From contig JASBRP010000018.1 in assembly GCA_030149365.1 (NCBI GenBank), positions 83,350-147,349 on the forward strand: a DNA stretch of 64,000 nucleotides, written 5' to 3'. Made by a program: the position numbers and the translations under genes. Below are positions 9,385 to 18,758 of the stretch, one piece after another (positions within the stretch are counted from its first letter, which is position 1; each line of letters begins with the position of its first letter). Under the pieces are notes generated by a model, which did not search any database, was not told the DNA's origin, and saw nothing but the letters and a program-made list of their open reading frames with translations. The stretch is from Solimonas sp. Lineage in GTDB: Bacteria; Pseudomonadota; Gammaproteobacteria; Nevskiales; Nevskiaceae.

Positions 9385-10503
9385 TTACGCCCTCCGCCTA
9401 TCAGGTTCGGTGCCACTGCGGTTCGTGGATGCAGCGACGATAGCTGGTTCCTTCAGGCCCGGGCGCAGCTTCAGGGGGAAGTGCCGCTTGAGCCCCTCAA
9501 AACGATCCTCGATCAAGATTCGCGAGACGGCCGCGAGACCGATCACCAGCACCCAAAAGGCGACTTCCATAACCCACTTCGGCCCAATCATTCCCGCCGA
9601 GTGGAATTTGTCCAGCACTTCGGCAATGGGCAAGTGAAACATGTAGATCGCGTAGCTCAGCGAACCGAGATAGACCAGCGGCGCGGTTGACAGGACGCGA
9701 TTGAGCAGCGGGATGCGATCCTCAAGCAAAGCCGCCACCATGGTCGCGTACAACAGCGCAAACCAGACAATATAGGAACGACGTCCCAGAACGACGCCGC
9801 CATACCCGGCAATGAAGTAGTCGGACAACTGCCAGAGCGCAAGGGCGGCGAGGCCCAGATACAGCCAGCCGCGCACCCGGGCACTACCGTAAAGCTCAGG
9901 TGACAGGCGCCAGACCGCGAGACAAGACCCCAGTGCAATGCCGTCGGCGCGAGTGAGGATCAAGTACTCGGGAAGCTCGCTATGCTGCCGCAGCAACACG
10001 CAAAGTGCCAGAAGCGAGAAATTGAAGGCTAGCAGCACTGCGGGCCTACCGGAAAGGGCGGCGATCAGCAGCGGCCAGATCAGGTAATACTGCTCCTCGA
10101 CGGCAAGGCTCCAGCTATGCCCGAAGAAATACAGGTAGTTGACCCCGGCCTCCGGAGAGCCCAGCAGATAGGGCATGAAAACCAAGCTTTCCCAGAAACC
10201 ACTGAAAACGCTGACACCATGACCTTTCTGCAGGGAAAAAGCGATCCATACGGCGAGCGTACCAAGCATCGTCAGATAGTAGATTGGCCAGATGCGCAGG
10301 ATGCGACGCATCCAGAAGCCGCGAAAGTTCGCTAAATCGAATCGCTCGAGGGACAGCAGGATGCTGGTGATAAGGAAGCCAGATAGTACGAAGAACAGAT
10401 CTACAAAGCTCCACATCCAAAACGTACCCTGCGGATGGATGTGATAAAGGGCGACGCCGCAGGCGGCAATGCCACGCAGACCGTCCAGGGGGCGGATTCT
10501 CAC
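9385..10503 (-). CDS. Acyltransferase family 3 (membrane O-acyltransferase, OafA/WecH-like)
   Basis: (GTG)RIRPLDGLRGIAACGVALYHI followed by about 10 TM segments. GTGA overlap with the upstream gene. Confidence 0.85.
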   Translation of the reverse strand: MRIRPLDGLRGIAACGVALYHIHPQGTFWMWSFVDLFFVLSGFLITSILLSLERFDLANFRGFWMRRILRIWPIYYLTMLGTLAVWIAFSLQKGHGVSVFSGFWESLVFMPYLLGSPEAGVNYLYFFGHSWSLAVEEQYYLIWPLLIAALSGRPAVLLAFNFSLLALCVLLRQHSELPEYLILTRADGIALGSCLAVWRLSPELYGSARVRGWLYLGLAALALWQLSDYFIAGYGGVVLGRRSYIVWFALLYATMVAALLEDRIPLLNRVLSTAPLVYLGSLSYAIYMFHLPIAEVLDKFHSAGMIGPKWVMEVAFWVLVIGLAAVSRILIEDRFEGLKRHFPLKLRPGLKEPAIVAASTNRSGTEPDRRRA

Positions 10504-11507
10504 AATGAGGTTCCTCGATTGAGTTTCTCGAACAGCCGCGTCATCAGGCGGTAGGCCTGAAACAATATGCGGCGCCGCACCCAGTACGGGATGCGCGACG
10601 CAGGACGGGCTGAGGGCAAAGATGCGGCATCCAGTCTCTCCGGGAGTGCCGGCAGTTTCGCGAGCTCGGCCGCCATCCAGGCCTCCTTGCGGTTTCCCAT
10701 GTGCAGAACGAAGGCATCGGGGGTCGACAGACGCATGTAGCCCTCCCTGTCGACCTGTTCATCCAGGGCACGCAGACCGTGGAATAGCCCTGCCATCGCC
10801 GGCTGATGATGGAAACGACGGATTACCTCCCGGCGCATCGTGCAGACGAAGTGACCGCTACCGAGCAGTGCCGTTGTGCCGTTGCGCTGCATGGCGATCT
10901 GCGTTCGCTGGTCGAAGGCCGAAAAGATCGGCCGCTCAAGCCCCAGCGAATCTTGGAATCGCAGCATCCCGGGCCGGTCGGCAAATCCACCAACACGCAG
11001 CCGCCCGCGCGTCACCGCATGCTCCCAGGCGGCGGTGGTAAACCAGAGCCGCAGGTTGGGCGCGGGAAACGGCCCGACGCAGCCAGCCGCCGGAAACTCG
11101 CGATAAACCCTTTCTACGGCATTCAACCAGCCCGCCAGGAACAGTGTGTCGGCGTCAGCGATCGTGATGAAAGGCTCGTATGAAGCGTGCAATTCGCCGA
11201 TCACCGGGTCTGGCTTGCCCCGGTTCAGGGTGTGCTGGACATGACGGTCGATCAGACCCGCCTCGATATAACGCTGGATAATGGGTAACGCCTCGGGCAC
11301 CGCGGCGTTGTTGATCACAGTAACAGACACCTGCGCCGGATCGGCCGTAGCCGCGAGGCTGGCCAGGCAGAATCCGAAGATTTCCAGAGCGTCGCTGTAG
11401 TAACCGTCACTGCCCTGCGGAATGTAGAGCGGGATGATCACGCGATGCCGCTTGTAGGGCAGCAATGGGCGCCCACCACGGCGCATGGGGTTGGAACCGC
11501 TTCTCAT
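10500..11507 (-). CDS. Glycosyltransferase, GT-A/GT2-like
   Basis: VIIPLYIPQGSDGYY...VTVINNAA...ITIADADTLF has the layout of a DxD-type GT-A N-terminal domain. ATGA overlap with the upstream ORF. Confidence 0.55.
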   Translation of the reverse strand: MRSGSNPMRRGGRPLLPYKRHRVIIPLYIPQGSDGYYSDALEIFGFCLASLAATADPAQVSVTVINNAAVPEALPIIQRYIEAGLIDRHVQHTLNRGKPDPVIGELHASYEPFITIADADTLFLAGWLNAVERVYREFPAAGCVGPFPAPNLRLWFTTAAWEHAVTRGRLRVGGFADRPGMLRFQDSLGLERPIFSAFDQRTQIAMQRNGTTALLGSGHFVCTMRREVIRRFHHQPAMAGLFHGLRALDEQVDREGYMRLSTPDAFVLHMGNRKEAWMAAELAKLPALPERLDAASLPSARPASRIPYWVRRRILFQAYRLMTRLFEKLNRGTSL

Positions 11508-11869
11508 CCGCTGTGGTCCTCGTCATGACAGTTCGCCGGGGCCGCAACCGCCCGCCCAGGATTGTTCAGGTCGATCGGGAAGAGCCTCAGCAGGCGGGCA
11601 TCCGCAACGCTGGCGGGGGCGTGGCTGCCATGCCGCCGGCAAGCTCGCTGCGGCCCCAAGCAAAGGCAATCGATCCGGGCGTCATTATCGATGACAGCCA
11701 GCGCGGAACGCACATGCGGGCGATGCCGGTTCCAGGCGCTTACGCCGGCAGGATGCCCGCGCAGGCCGCCCCATCGACCCGAAGGCATGCCGACCTCGCC
11801 CGCACGGGCAATGTAACCCCATGAAAAAAATAATAAATCCAACTCGGGCCCTACCGTATGCGGCGCCAT
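11504..11869 (-). CDS. Hypothetical small protein (about 121 aa), no recognisable domain
   Basis: This is the only ORF filling the 363-bp gap between wzx and the GT2-like gene. Its start is 1 nt after the wzx stop and its stop overlaps the next start (ATGA). Rare AT-rich codons occur near the 5' end. It could be non-coding. Confidence 0.3.
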   Translation of the reverse strand: MAPHTVGPELDLLFFSWGYIARAGEVGMPSGRWGGLRGHPAGVSAWNRHRPHVRSALAVIDNDARIDCLCLGPQRACRRHGSHAPASVADARLLRLFPIDLNNPGRAVAAPANCHDEDHSG

Positions 11870-11870
11870 G

Positions 11871-13334
11871 TCAGGCATCCCCCCCCGCAACCCCGCCCTT
11901 GCTCCGCCGCAGAGTGCGCAAGGCAAGAAAGGCCTGCCGGTTGAACAGGTAGGTCAGGGACAGGTATGCCACCGCATAGATCGCCGCTATCGCGGCGAGC
12001 CGCGGCACCGGTGCGACGGGCAACGACAGGAAATCCAGCCCCCAAAGCAGGACACCCGCCGCGATGCCAACCAGCAGCGGGGGCAACTGGTTCATGAAGA
12101 ATCGCCCGAATGGCAGGCCTACCAGTCGCCCGTTGACGACAAGGTTATGGATGGAGCCGAGCAGTCCGGCGATCACGGCGGCAAGCGCGTACATCGTCAG
12201 CGGCGGCTTGAAGGCTGCGGCCACGCCGAGGAGCAGGACATAGATGCCGGCGTTGATCCACTTGGTCCGGGCAGCCGCCTGGGCATGGCCATAGGCGAGC
12301 TGCAGGCCGGCAATGCCGGTCATGCATCCGCGGAACAAGAAATCGAAGGCGAAGATCTGCAGTATGGGCGCGGCCGGCAACCATTTGTCGGTGAAGACGG
12401 CGCGGACCAGCAGTTCCGGCTGAAGGATCAGGAAGAGGTGGAACGGCAAGGACCAGGAGAAGACGAAGCGCGTGGAGGAGAAAATCGCCGCGACCAGCGC
12501 CGCGGAGTCATCCTTGAGTCGCGAGAAGGTCGCCATAAACACGCCGGTCTGCGGCACGATCAAGGCGTTGTAGAACAGCATCGCGTTGTTGTTGCCGAAG
12601 GTGTAGGCACCGATCGCCGCCAGCGGATACAGCGAGGTCACCAGCAGCTTGTCGACCTGGTTGGCGGCATAGCCGGCGATGCTCACGAACGTGGTCGGCA
12701 GGCCGAAGGACAGGACCTCGCGCAAGCGCTCGCCGCGCTCCAGCAGGAAACTCGGCTTCCACCGGCAATAGCGCGCGGCAATGAAGTTTCTCACCGCGCT
12801 GCCGAGCAAGTCGGCCAGCGGGAAACATAACGCTCCGAGACCCATCGCGGCGAAACCGACCCGCATACCCGCGGACACCAGCGTACCACCGACTTCGGCC
12901 CGCGCCGTGGCACCAAAGTCCAGTGAGCGTTTGAGGATGGCCAGCGCGACATAGCTCCAGGCCGCCAGTACGATGTTGATCGCATAGAGTCCCAGGACCC
13001 AACGCAGGACCTCCGGCAATCCGGGCCACAGCGCGGCGGCAATGCCGATGACGATCGCCAGTACGGCCGAGATCATCATGTTCAGCGTGAAACACAGCGC
13101 GTAGGTCTGCTCGTCCTCGTCTCGCAGCTGGATGATGTAGGTCTGGAACCCGAAGTGGCTCAGGGCGTTTACCAAGCCCGTCACCAGCAGCGCGATCGTG
13201 AAATAGCCGTAGTCCTCGGGATGAAGCAAGCGAGCCAGCCAGATACCGAACAGGAGATTGCCTGCCTTGGCCAGCAAGGTCATGCCGCCCTGGACACGGG
13301 CGGCCTTGCGAGCCCTGGAGAGGATTTCCGACAT
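11871..13334 (-). CDS. wzx: Wzx-type oligosaccharide flippase (MOP/PST family)
   Basis: 487 aa, about 12-14 TM segments. N-terminus is LLAKAGNLLFGIWLARLLHPEDYGYFTIAL, typical of polysaccharide biosynthesis (PST) proteins. Confidence 0.8.
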   Translation of the reverse strand: MSEILSRARKAARVQGGMTLLAKAGNLLFGIWLARLLHPEDYGYFTIALLVTGLVNALSHFGFQTYIIQLRDEDEQTYALCFTLNMMISAVLAIVIGIAAALWPGLPEVLRWVLGLYAINIVLAAWSYVALAILKRSLDFGATARAEVGGTLVSAGMRVGFAAMGLGALCFPLADLLGSAVRNFIAARYCRWKPSFLLERGERLREVLSFGLPTTFVSIAGYAANQVDKLLVTSLYPLAAIGAYTFGNNNAMLFYNALIVPQTGVFMATFSRLKDDSAALVAAIFSSTRFVFSWSLPFHLFLILQPELLVRAVFTDKWLPAAPILQIFAFDFLFRGCMTGIAGLQLAYGHAQAAARTKWINAGIYVLLLGVAAAFKPPLTMYALAAVIAGLLGSIHNLVVNGRLVGLPFGRFFMNQLPPLLVGIAAGVLLWGLDFLSLPVAPVPRLAAIAAIYAVAYLSLTYLFNRQAFLALRTLRRSKGGVAGGDA

Positions 13335-13343
13335 GGCCAGCGA

Positions 13344-14450
13344 TCAGCCGAAGCGCTGCTGCAGCACGGTAGCGATACGGACGGCGGACTGTCCATCCCA
13401 GAGTTCGGGGATGCGACCGCGTCGCCCGCCATTGGCCAGGGTGTCCGAAGCAGCACGCCGGATGGCATCGCCGTCGGTACCGACGATCGTGTTGGTGCCC
13501 TGCTCCACCGTAATCGGACGCTCGGTATTCTCGCGCAGCGTCAGGCAGGGCACGCCCAGCGCCGTGGTTTCCTCCTGGATACCTCCAGAGTCGGTCAGCA
13601 CCAGGCGCGCCTCGGCCATCAGGCCCAGCATCTCCAGGTAGCCCAATGGCGACACCAGCTTCACGTCCGCGCCCAGGGCCCCGGCGCCCAGCGCTTCGAT
13701 GCGGCTGCGGGTGCGCGGGTGCACCGGAAACACCAGTGGCAGGCTGGCCGCGATTTCCGAGAGCGAATCCAGCAGGCGCCGGAGCACCGCCGGGTCATCC
13801 ACGTTCGAGGGCCTGTGGAGGGTCACCAGGCCATAGGCCGAACCGGCAATGCCCAGTGGTGCCAGTACCTCAGCCGCGGGGGTCGCCAGCTTGCGGAACT
13901 CCAGCAGCGTGTCGATCATGACATTACCGACGAAGTGGATGCGCTCGTCGGCGATGCCCTCCCGCACGAGGTTGTCGCGCGCGGAACGCTCGGTGGTGAA
14001 GAGAATATCGGACAGCTGGTCGGTCAGGATGCGGTTGATCTCTTCAGGCATGTTGCGATCGTTGCTGCGCAAGCCGGCCTCCACGTGCACGACCGGCAAG
14101 CCGCGCTTCGAGGCAACCAGGGCGCAAGCGATCGTGGAGTTGATGTCTCCCACAACGACGACGGCCCTGGCATCCCGGCCCTCTTCACGGTCCAGCACCT
14201 CGTCGAAGCGCTTCATCACCTCAGCCGTTTGCACCGCGTGAGCCCCCGACCCCACCTCGAGATTGATGTCCGGCCGCGGAATGCGCAGCTGCTGGAAGAA
14301 GCGATCGTTCATGGCCTCGTCATAGTGCTGACCCGTGTGGACCAGCAGCGGCGCCAGTGAGGGAGCATGGATGCTCAGCGCTCGCACGATGGGAGCGATC
14401 TTCATGAAGTTGGGCCGTGCGCCGACGACCAGCAGTATCTTGTTTGGCAT
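13344..14450 (-). CDS. wecB: UDP-N-acetylglucosamine 2-epimerase (non-hydrolysing)
   Basis: MPNKILLVVGARPNFMKIAPIVRAL...HTGQHYD...HVEAGLRS...TDSGGIQEET. Confidence 0.9.
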   Translation of the reverse strand: MPNKILLVVGARPNFMKIAPIVRALSIHAPSLAPLLVHTGQHYDEAMNDRFFQQLRIPRPDINLEVGSGAHAVQTAEVMKRFDEVLDREEGRDARAVVVVGDINSTIACALVASKRGLPVVHVEAGLRSNDRNMPEEINRILTDQLSDILFTTERSARDNLVREGIADERIHFVGNVMIDTLLEFRKLATPAAEVLAPLGIAGSAYGLVTLHRPSNVDDPAVLRRLLDSLSEIAASLPLVFPVHPRTRSRIEALGAGALGADVKLVSPLGYLEMLGLMAEARLVLTDSGGIQEETTALGVPCLTLRENTERPITVEQGTNTIVGTDGDAIRRAASDTLANGGRRGRIPELWDGQSAVRIATVLQQRFG

Positions 14451-14465
14451 TGTGGGGGAACGGCT

Positions 14466-15752
14466 TCAGGAGGAGGAAGGAGGCTGCAACACGCTGCGGG
14501 AGTCGGACAGAGGTGCCACGGAGCGCGTCGCCAGCGCAATCATCGCGGCGGTCATCCAGAACAGCGGTGAGTAGGACAGCTGATGCAGCGACCCAACTGC
14601 CAGCAGCAAGGTCATTGCTGCCAGCAGCAGGCTGCGGAGGGCGTGATCCGCGACCTGCCAGGCCCGGCGTATCAGCAGCACCAGCATGGCAACAAATGCG
14701 GCAAGGCCGATGATGCCGTGCTCCACCAAGTGTGCGAGCAGGTCATTGTGCAGGTTCAGCTTGGCTCCCGCGTAATAGCCCTTTCGCGCAAAGACCTTGT
14801 CGGCGAAGTACTGTTGATGTACCACGCTGTACTGGCCCATCCCCAAGCCCAGTCCGCCCGAGTCGGCAAAGGCCTGCAGACCCGACTGCCAGACGTAGAC
14901 CCTGACGTCGGTTCCCTCCGCGATCTTGGTCTGGAACCGCTCCATCATCATGTTCCCGCTGGGCTGCGCCAGCCAGGAAAACAGGGCGGCGGCCGCAATC
15001 AGTCCCGCCCACAGCAAGAGCAGGCGACGCGGTGCCAAGCTAGTGGCAATCTGGATGAATACGGCGGCGGCGGCCCCGATCAGGCCGATCCTGGAGCCCG
15101 TCCTGAAAATTGCGATGCCCAGCAGCAGCAGGCCCGCCAGGATCGCGAGGTTCTTCCAGATTCGCTTTTTCCTGTCGGGATTGATCTGGAACAGATGGCC
15201 AAGGCACAAGATGCCGAGCGCCAGCAAGGTCGCGGCATGCGTCGGGCTCTGGAAGAATCCGGCATAGCGCAGGCCTCCTTCGAAACGCAGCGCCGTACCC
15301 TTCCCCGCGAGGATGGCCAGGGCATTCAGCAAGGCACCAAAGAACAGAACCATGCCCAGCGCCCGCAGGCTCGCACGGGTTCCAATGCTGGTGAAGACGA
15401 TGTAGGTGACCAGACCAAAGCCATAGAGCGCAACGGATCCACCCCAGCTCTGGAGCGCCTGCGCGGATTGCTGCGCGCTGGGCAATCCCAGCAGCATGCC
15501 GCAACCAAGGCTGAGCAACGCAAGCCGGGCAAACCCGTCGAGCGACCAGCTGCCGCGAAGCACTACCGCTACGGCCAGCAGGAAACCCCAGACCCGGTAG
15601 GCCTTGAAGGTCTCGATATCGACCAGCCGCTCCAAGCAGATCAGGAGGATGAACAGGCCCAGTGCCAACAGCGGCAGACGACTTCCCACCGTTGCGGGAA
15701 GGCTACCCGGCGGTGTCCCTTCGATCACGGCGCTACGTGGCATCACAGACAT
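14466..15752 (-). CDS. Second O-antigen ligase/polymerase family (Wzy_C) membrane protein
   Basis: Polytopic membrane protein with LNLHNDLLAHLVEHGIIGLAAF. I chose ATG 15752 because the ORF-track start at 15782 is TTG. Confidence 0.7.
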   Translation of the reverse strand: MSVMPRSAVIEGTPPGSLPATVGSRLPLLALGLFILLICLERLVDIETFKAYRVWGFLLAVAVVLRGSWSLDGFARLALLSLGCGMLLGLPSAQQSAQALQSWGGSVALYGFGLVTYIVFTSIGTRASLRALGMVLFFGALLNALAILAGKGTALRFEGGLRYAGFFQSPTHAATLLALGILCLGHLFQINPDRKKRIWKNLAILAGLLLLGIAIFRTGSRIGLIGAAAAVFIQIATSLAPRRLLLLWAGLIAAAALFSWLAQPSGNMMMERFQTKIAEGTDVRVYVWQSGLQAFADSGGLGLGMGQYSVVHQQYFADKVFARKGYYAGAKLNLHNDLLAHLVEHGIIGLAAFVAMLVLLIRRAWQVADHALRSLLLAAMTLLLAVGSLHQLSYSPLFWMTAAMIALATRSVAPLSDSRSVLQPPSSS

Positions 15753-15759
15753 GGCACCC

Positions 15760-17307
15760 TCAATGCTGACGGAAGTCCGCAAGACGCAAACCTTGCAGTC
15801 GCAGGGAAAGGACGTAGGCCAGCGATGCGGCGGTGAGCGCCACCCCGAGGCGCAGCAGTTTCATGACCCCGGTCTCGGCACCACCGTCCAGCAAGGCATA
15901 GACCATCGGCCCGACCAGGCTGAGTGCCAGAGTTGCCACCATGAACTTGCCGAGCAGGCTGCCCCAACGCTCGTCGGAGATGTAGCTGTTGCTGCGCAAG
16001 GTGGAAGCCAGGAGCAGCAGAGCCGTCGTCCAGTACGACGCGCTGCTGCAGAGCGCCAGCGCCGCGTGCGGAGCATCCAGCCTGCCTTCCCGGTCCAGCC
16101 AGATCACCAGGGAACTACCCGCGACGTCCACCACCAGGCCGACTAGGCCGCAGCGCCAGGGTGCGATGGCATCGCGCCGCGCATACGCGGCCGTGGCCAG
16201 CACCGCCGACAGCAGGGCGCCGACCATGCCGAGTGCATACGCCTCCATCGCCAGCGAGGTCATCCGCACGTCCTCCGGCTGGAAGGCGCGGTACCCGAAA
16301 AGGGTTTCCACGACGGGCTGCGCCATGAAGACGAAGATCGCCGTCGAAGGAAGTCCGAAGACCACGATCACCTTGAACACCCAGTCGATGGCGGCAGAGA
16401 ATTCGCGCTGCTGGCCTTCCGCGAAATGGGCGGCGAGGACCGGCATGATGACGGCCCCGATGCCGGCCATGAGTATGCTGACCGGTAGTTGCACCATGCG
16501 CTCGGCATAGTACAGCCAGCTGATCGAGCCATCGCGCAGCCAGGAGGCGAACACCGCATCGATGACCATTCCCAGCATCAGGGAGGCGCCTAGCAAGGTC
16601 GGCAGCATCATCCGCCGCAGCTGGACCATGTCGGGGTCGCTCCAGTGCCAGCGCGGCCGGGCCACCAGCCGCAAGCGAAGCATCAGCGGCCACTGGGACA
16701 GTATCTGGAACAGGCCGGAGACGAACACCGCGATGGCCAGCGTGTTCACTCCAGGGGCAAAGAAAAGGACCGCCGCGATCAGGCAGGCGTTGTAGATCAG
16801 CACACGCGTCGCGGGAATGAAGAATCGGCCATGGCAATTCAATATCGCGGCATACGTCGTCGCCACCGACACCAGCAGGACATAGGGAAGGGTCCAGGCC
16901 AGCAGATCACCCCCCAGCTTCAGCTTTTCTTCTCCATCGGCGAACCCCGGGGCAAACAGGAGGAACAGCCAGTCCCTCGCCAGCCAGCTCGCGGCGACGA
17001 TCAGCAGCAGCAATCCGCCGAACGTACCCAACGACAGGCTGATGGTACGGCGCACCCGGGCTTCTCCCCCCTCCACTCTGGCCTGCGAGAGCGCGGGAAC
17101 CAGGCTCTTGACGAAGGTGCCCTCCGTCAGCACACGCGCGAACAGGTCGGGAATCTTCAGGGCGATAAGAAAGACATCCATGCTGCCGCCCGTGCCGAAC
17201 GAGGTGGCAAACAGCACGTCCCGCAGGAATCCCATCCCACGGGAGGCCAGGCCCGTGGCTCCGACGACAGCGGTGGACCGAGGCAGGGAGGTTCGGGGCG
17301 ATGGCAT
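15760..17307 (-). CDS. MurJ/MviN-family (MOP superfamily) flippase-like protein
   Basis: GLASRGMGFLRDVLFATSFGTGGSMDVFLIALKIPDLFARVLTEGTFVKSLVP is the MurJ N-terminal signature. The ATG at 17307 is 2 nt after the upstream stop. Confidence 0.8.
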   Translation of the reverse strand: MPSPRTSLPRSTAVVGATGLASRGMGFLRDVLFATSFGTGGSMDVFLIALKIPDLFARVLTEGTFVKSLVPALSQARVEGGEARVRRTISLSLGTFGGLLLLIVAASWLARDWLFLLFAPGFADGEEKLKLGGDLLAWTLPYVLLVSVATTYAAILNCHGRFFIPATRVLIYNACLIAAVLFFAPGVNTLAIAVFVSGLFQILSQWPLMLRLRLVARPRWHWSDPDMVQLRRMMLPTLLGASLMLGMVIDAVFASWLRDGSISWLYYAERMVQLPVSILMAGIGAVIMPVLAAHFAEGQQREFSAAIDWVFKVIVVFGLPSTAIFVFMAQPVVETLFGYRAFQPEDVRMTSLAMEAYALGMVGALLSAVLATAAYARRDAIAPWRCGLVGLVVDVAGSSLVIWLDREGRLDAPHAALALCSSASYWTTALLLLASTLRSNSYISDERWGSLLGKFMVATLALSLVGPMVYALLDGGAETGVMKLLRLGVALTAASLAYVLSLRLQGLRLADFRQH

Positions 17308-17309
17308 GG

Positions 17310-18719
17310 TCAGGCCGAGGCGAGCACATCCGCCACGCGCCCGGTCGCTCCACCATCGCGCGCGAGGCATTCCCGCAGAATTGATTCGGCCCGCCCTTGC
17401 GCCATCCAGGCAGGATCAGAGAGGTAGCGGTGCAGTGCCTGCTGCAGGGAGGCAAAATCGCCGACCACCGAGAGCCCGCCGAAAGAGGCGAGCGTGGCGA
17501 GATGGCGGTAGTCCATGAGGCGCCGCGCCGACTGCCAGTAATCGAGCTTGTAGCTCGCATCGAACGAGGTGATCACCACCGGCCGGTCATGCATCAGCGC
17601 ATCGATGGAGACCGTGGAGCCTGAATTGAGCACCACCGCCGCGCCGGAGAGCGTGGCGGCCAACTCGATCATGTCGGCGGTTTCCATGCTCCAGCGCAGC
17701 TTGCTCTTCACCAGCTTGGGAAAAGCCACTCCCACACCGGGCCTTTCCCTGAAGGCATTCAGCCTGGGAAGCCAGGAGGCGTCGCTCATGTTGCCTTCGA
17801 CGTTCTGGGGATGCGGCCGCACCAGCAGTTGCACATCGCCGAATTCACCGGCGGACACACGCTCAGCCAGCCATTCGACGATGTCGATCTCGTGGGGCGC
17901 GAAGCGCGGCGAGCTCATCGCGAACATGAAGTACGGACGCGCGGGATCCAGGCCCAGCGCCTCGAGTACGCGCGGCTTCTCGGCGACCACGGCGGGATCC
18001 ACGTGCTGATCGAAGTGCGGCACCCCGCAGACGTGGATGCGCTCCTCCGACACCCGGTAGTACTCGCGCAGTTCATCGCGCATCACCGGGCCCCAGGCAA
18101 TGTACTGGTCCGCCGTTTCGGCGAAGTGTCCCTTGCAGGTGATGTTGTCCCAGGACAGCAGGTGAATCCAGGTCTCGACGTCCGGATGGCGGTTGCCGTA
18201 GTGCAGCAGGATCGCCTCGTTGAGGTTCACCGGATAGGTGGCAACGAGGCGGCGAGGCCGCAGGCGCCCGATCAACTCCTCGGCAGCCCTGCTCTCCAGG
18301 TAGCGTTCTTCCTTGCGCAGGAAGCGCTCGCGGATCGCTGGAATGCGCGGGATCAGGCGATGCAGTGCATAGTAGTAGTGGGGGCGCAGGCGCTTGAAGG
18401 GGTTGCGCGCCTTGAAGTAGCGCGTCGCTGCCAGGTGCTTCTCCCACAAGGCAGGATTGGCGCGGATGTCTTCCAGCAGATAGCGCCGCTTGATGAGATA
18501 GTCGTCGGAGAAGACGCTACCCTTGGCGTCGAACTCGACCAGTTCGATGCCGCGCTCGCTGCAGTAACGGCTCAGCACCGCATCCTTCGCATCCGGAGCG
18601 ATGACCGCCACCGAACGTCCCGCCCGCCGCAACTGCCCCAGCAGATCGGTCTGCGTGAGCATGCGGCTGGCGAAGCCGTGGGAAGCGATGTAACAGACGT
18701 CAACGGACATGGACTGCAT
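17310..18719 (-). CDS. Surface-carbohydrate biosynthesis protein, GT-B/TagF-like C-terminal domain, family unknown
   Basis: 469 aa. It has LLVRPHPQN (HP motif) and AAVVLNSGSTVSIDALMHDRPVV (a donor-binding-like segment). I do not recognise the N-terminal half. Confidence 0.55.
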   Translation of the reverse strand: MQSMSVDVCYIASHGFASRMLTQTDLLGQLRRAGRSVAVIAPDAKDAVLSRYCSERGIELVEFDAKGSVFSDDYLIKRRYLLEDIRANPALWEKHLAATRYFKARNPFKRLRPHYYYALHRLIPRIPAIRERFLRKEERYLESRAAEELIGRLRPRRLVATYPVNLNEAILLHYGNRHPDVETWIHLLSWDNITCKGHFAETADQYIAWGPVMRDELREYYRVSEERIHVCGVPHFDQHVDPAVVAEKPRVLEALGLDPARPYFMFAMSSPRFAPHEIDIVEWLAERVSAGEFGDVQLLVRPHPQNVEGNMSDASWLPRLNAFRERPGVGVAFPKLVKSKLRWSMETADMIELAATLSGAAVVLNSGSTVSIDALMHDRPVVITSFDASYKLDYWQSARRLMDYRHLATLASFGGLSVVGDFASLQQALHRYLSDPAWMAQGRAESILRECLARDGGATGRVADVLASA

Positions 18720-18758
18720 CCTGCCGGTGTACGCCGGGACTCGTGCGTGCGGGAAAGC

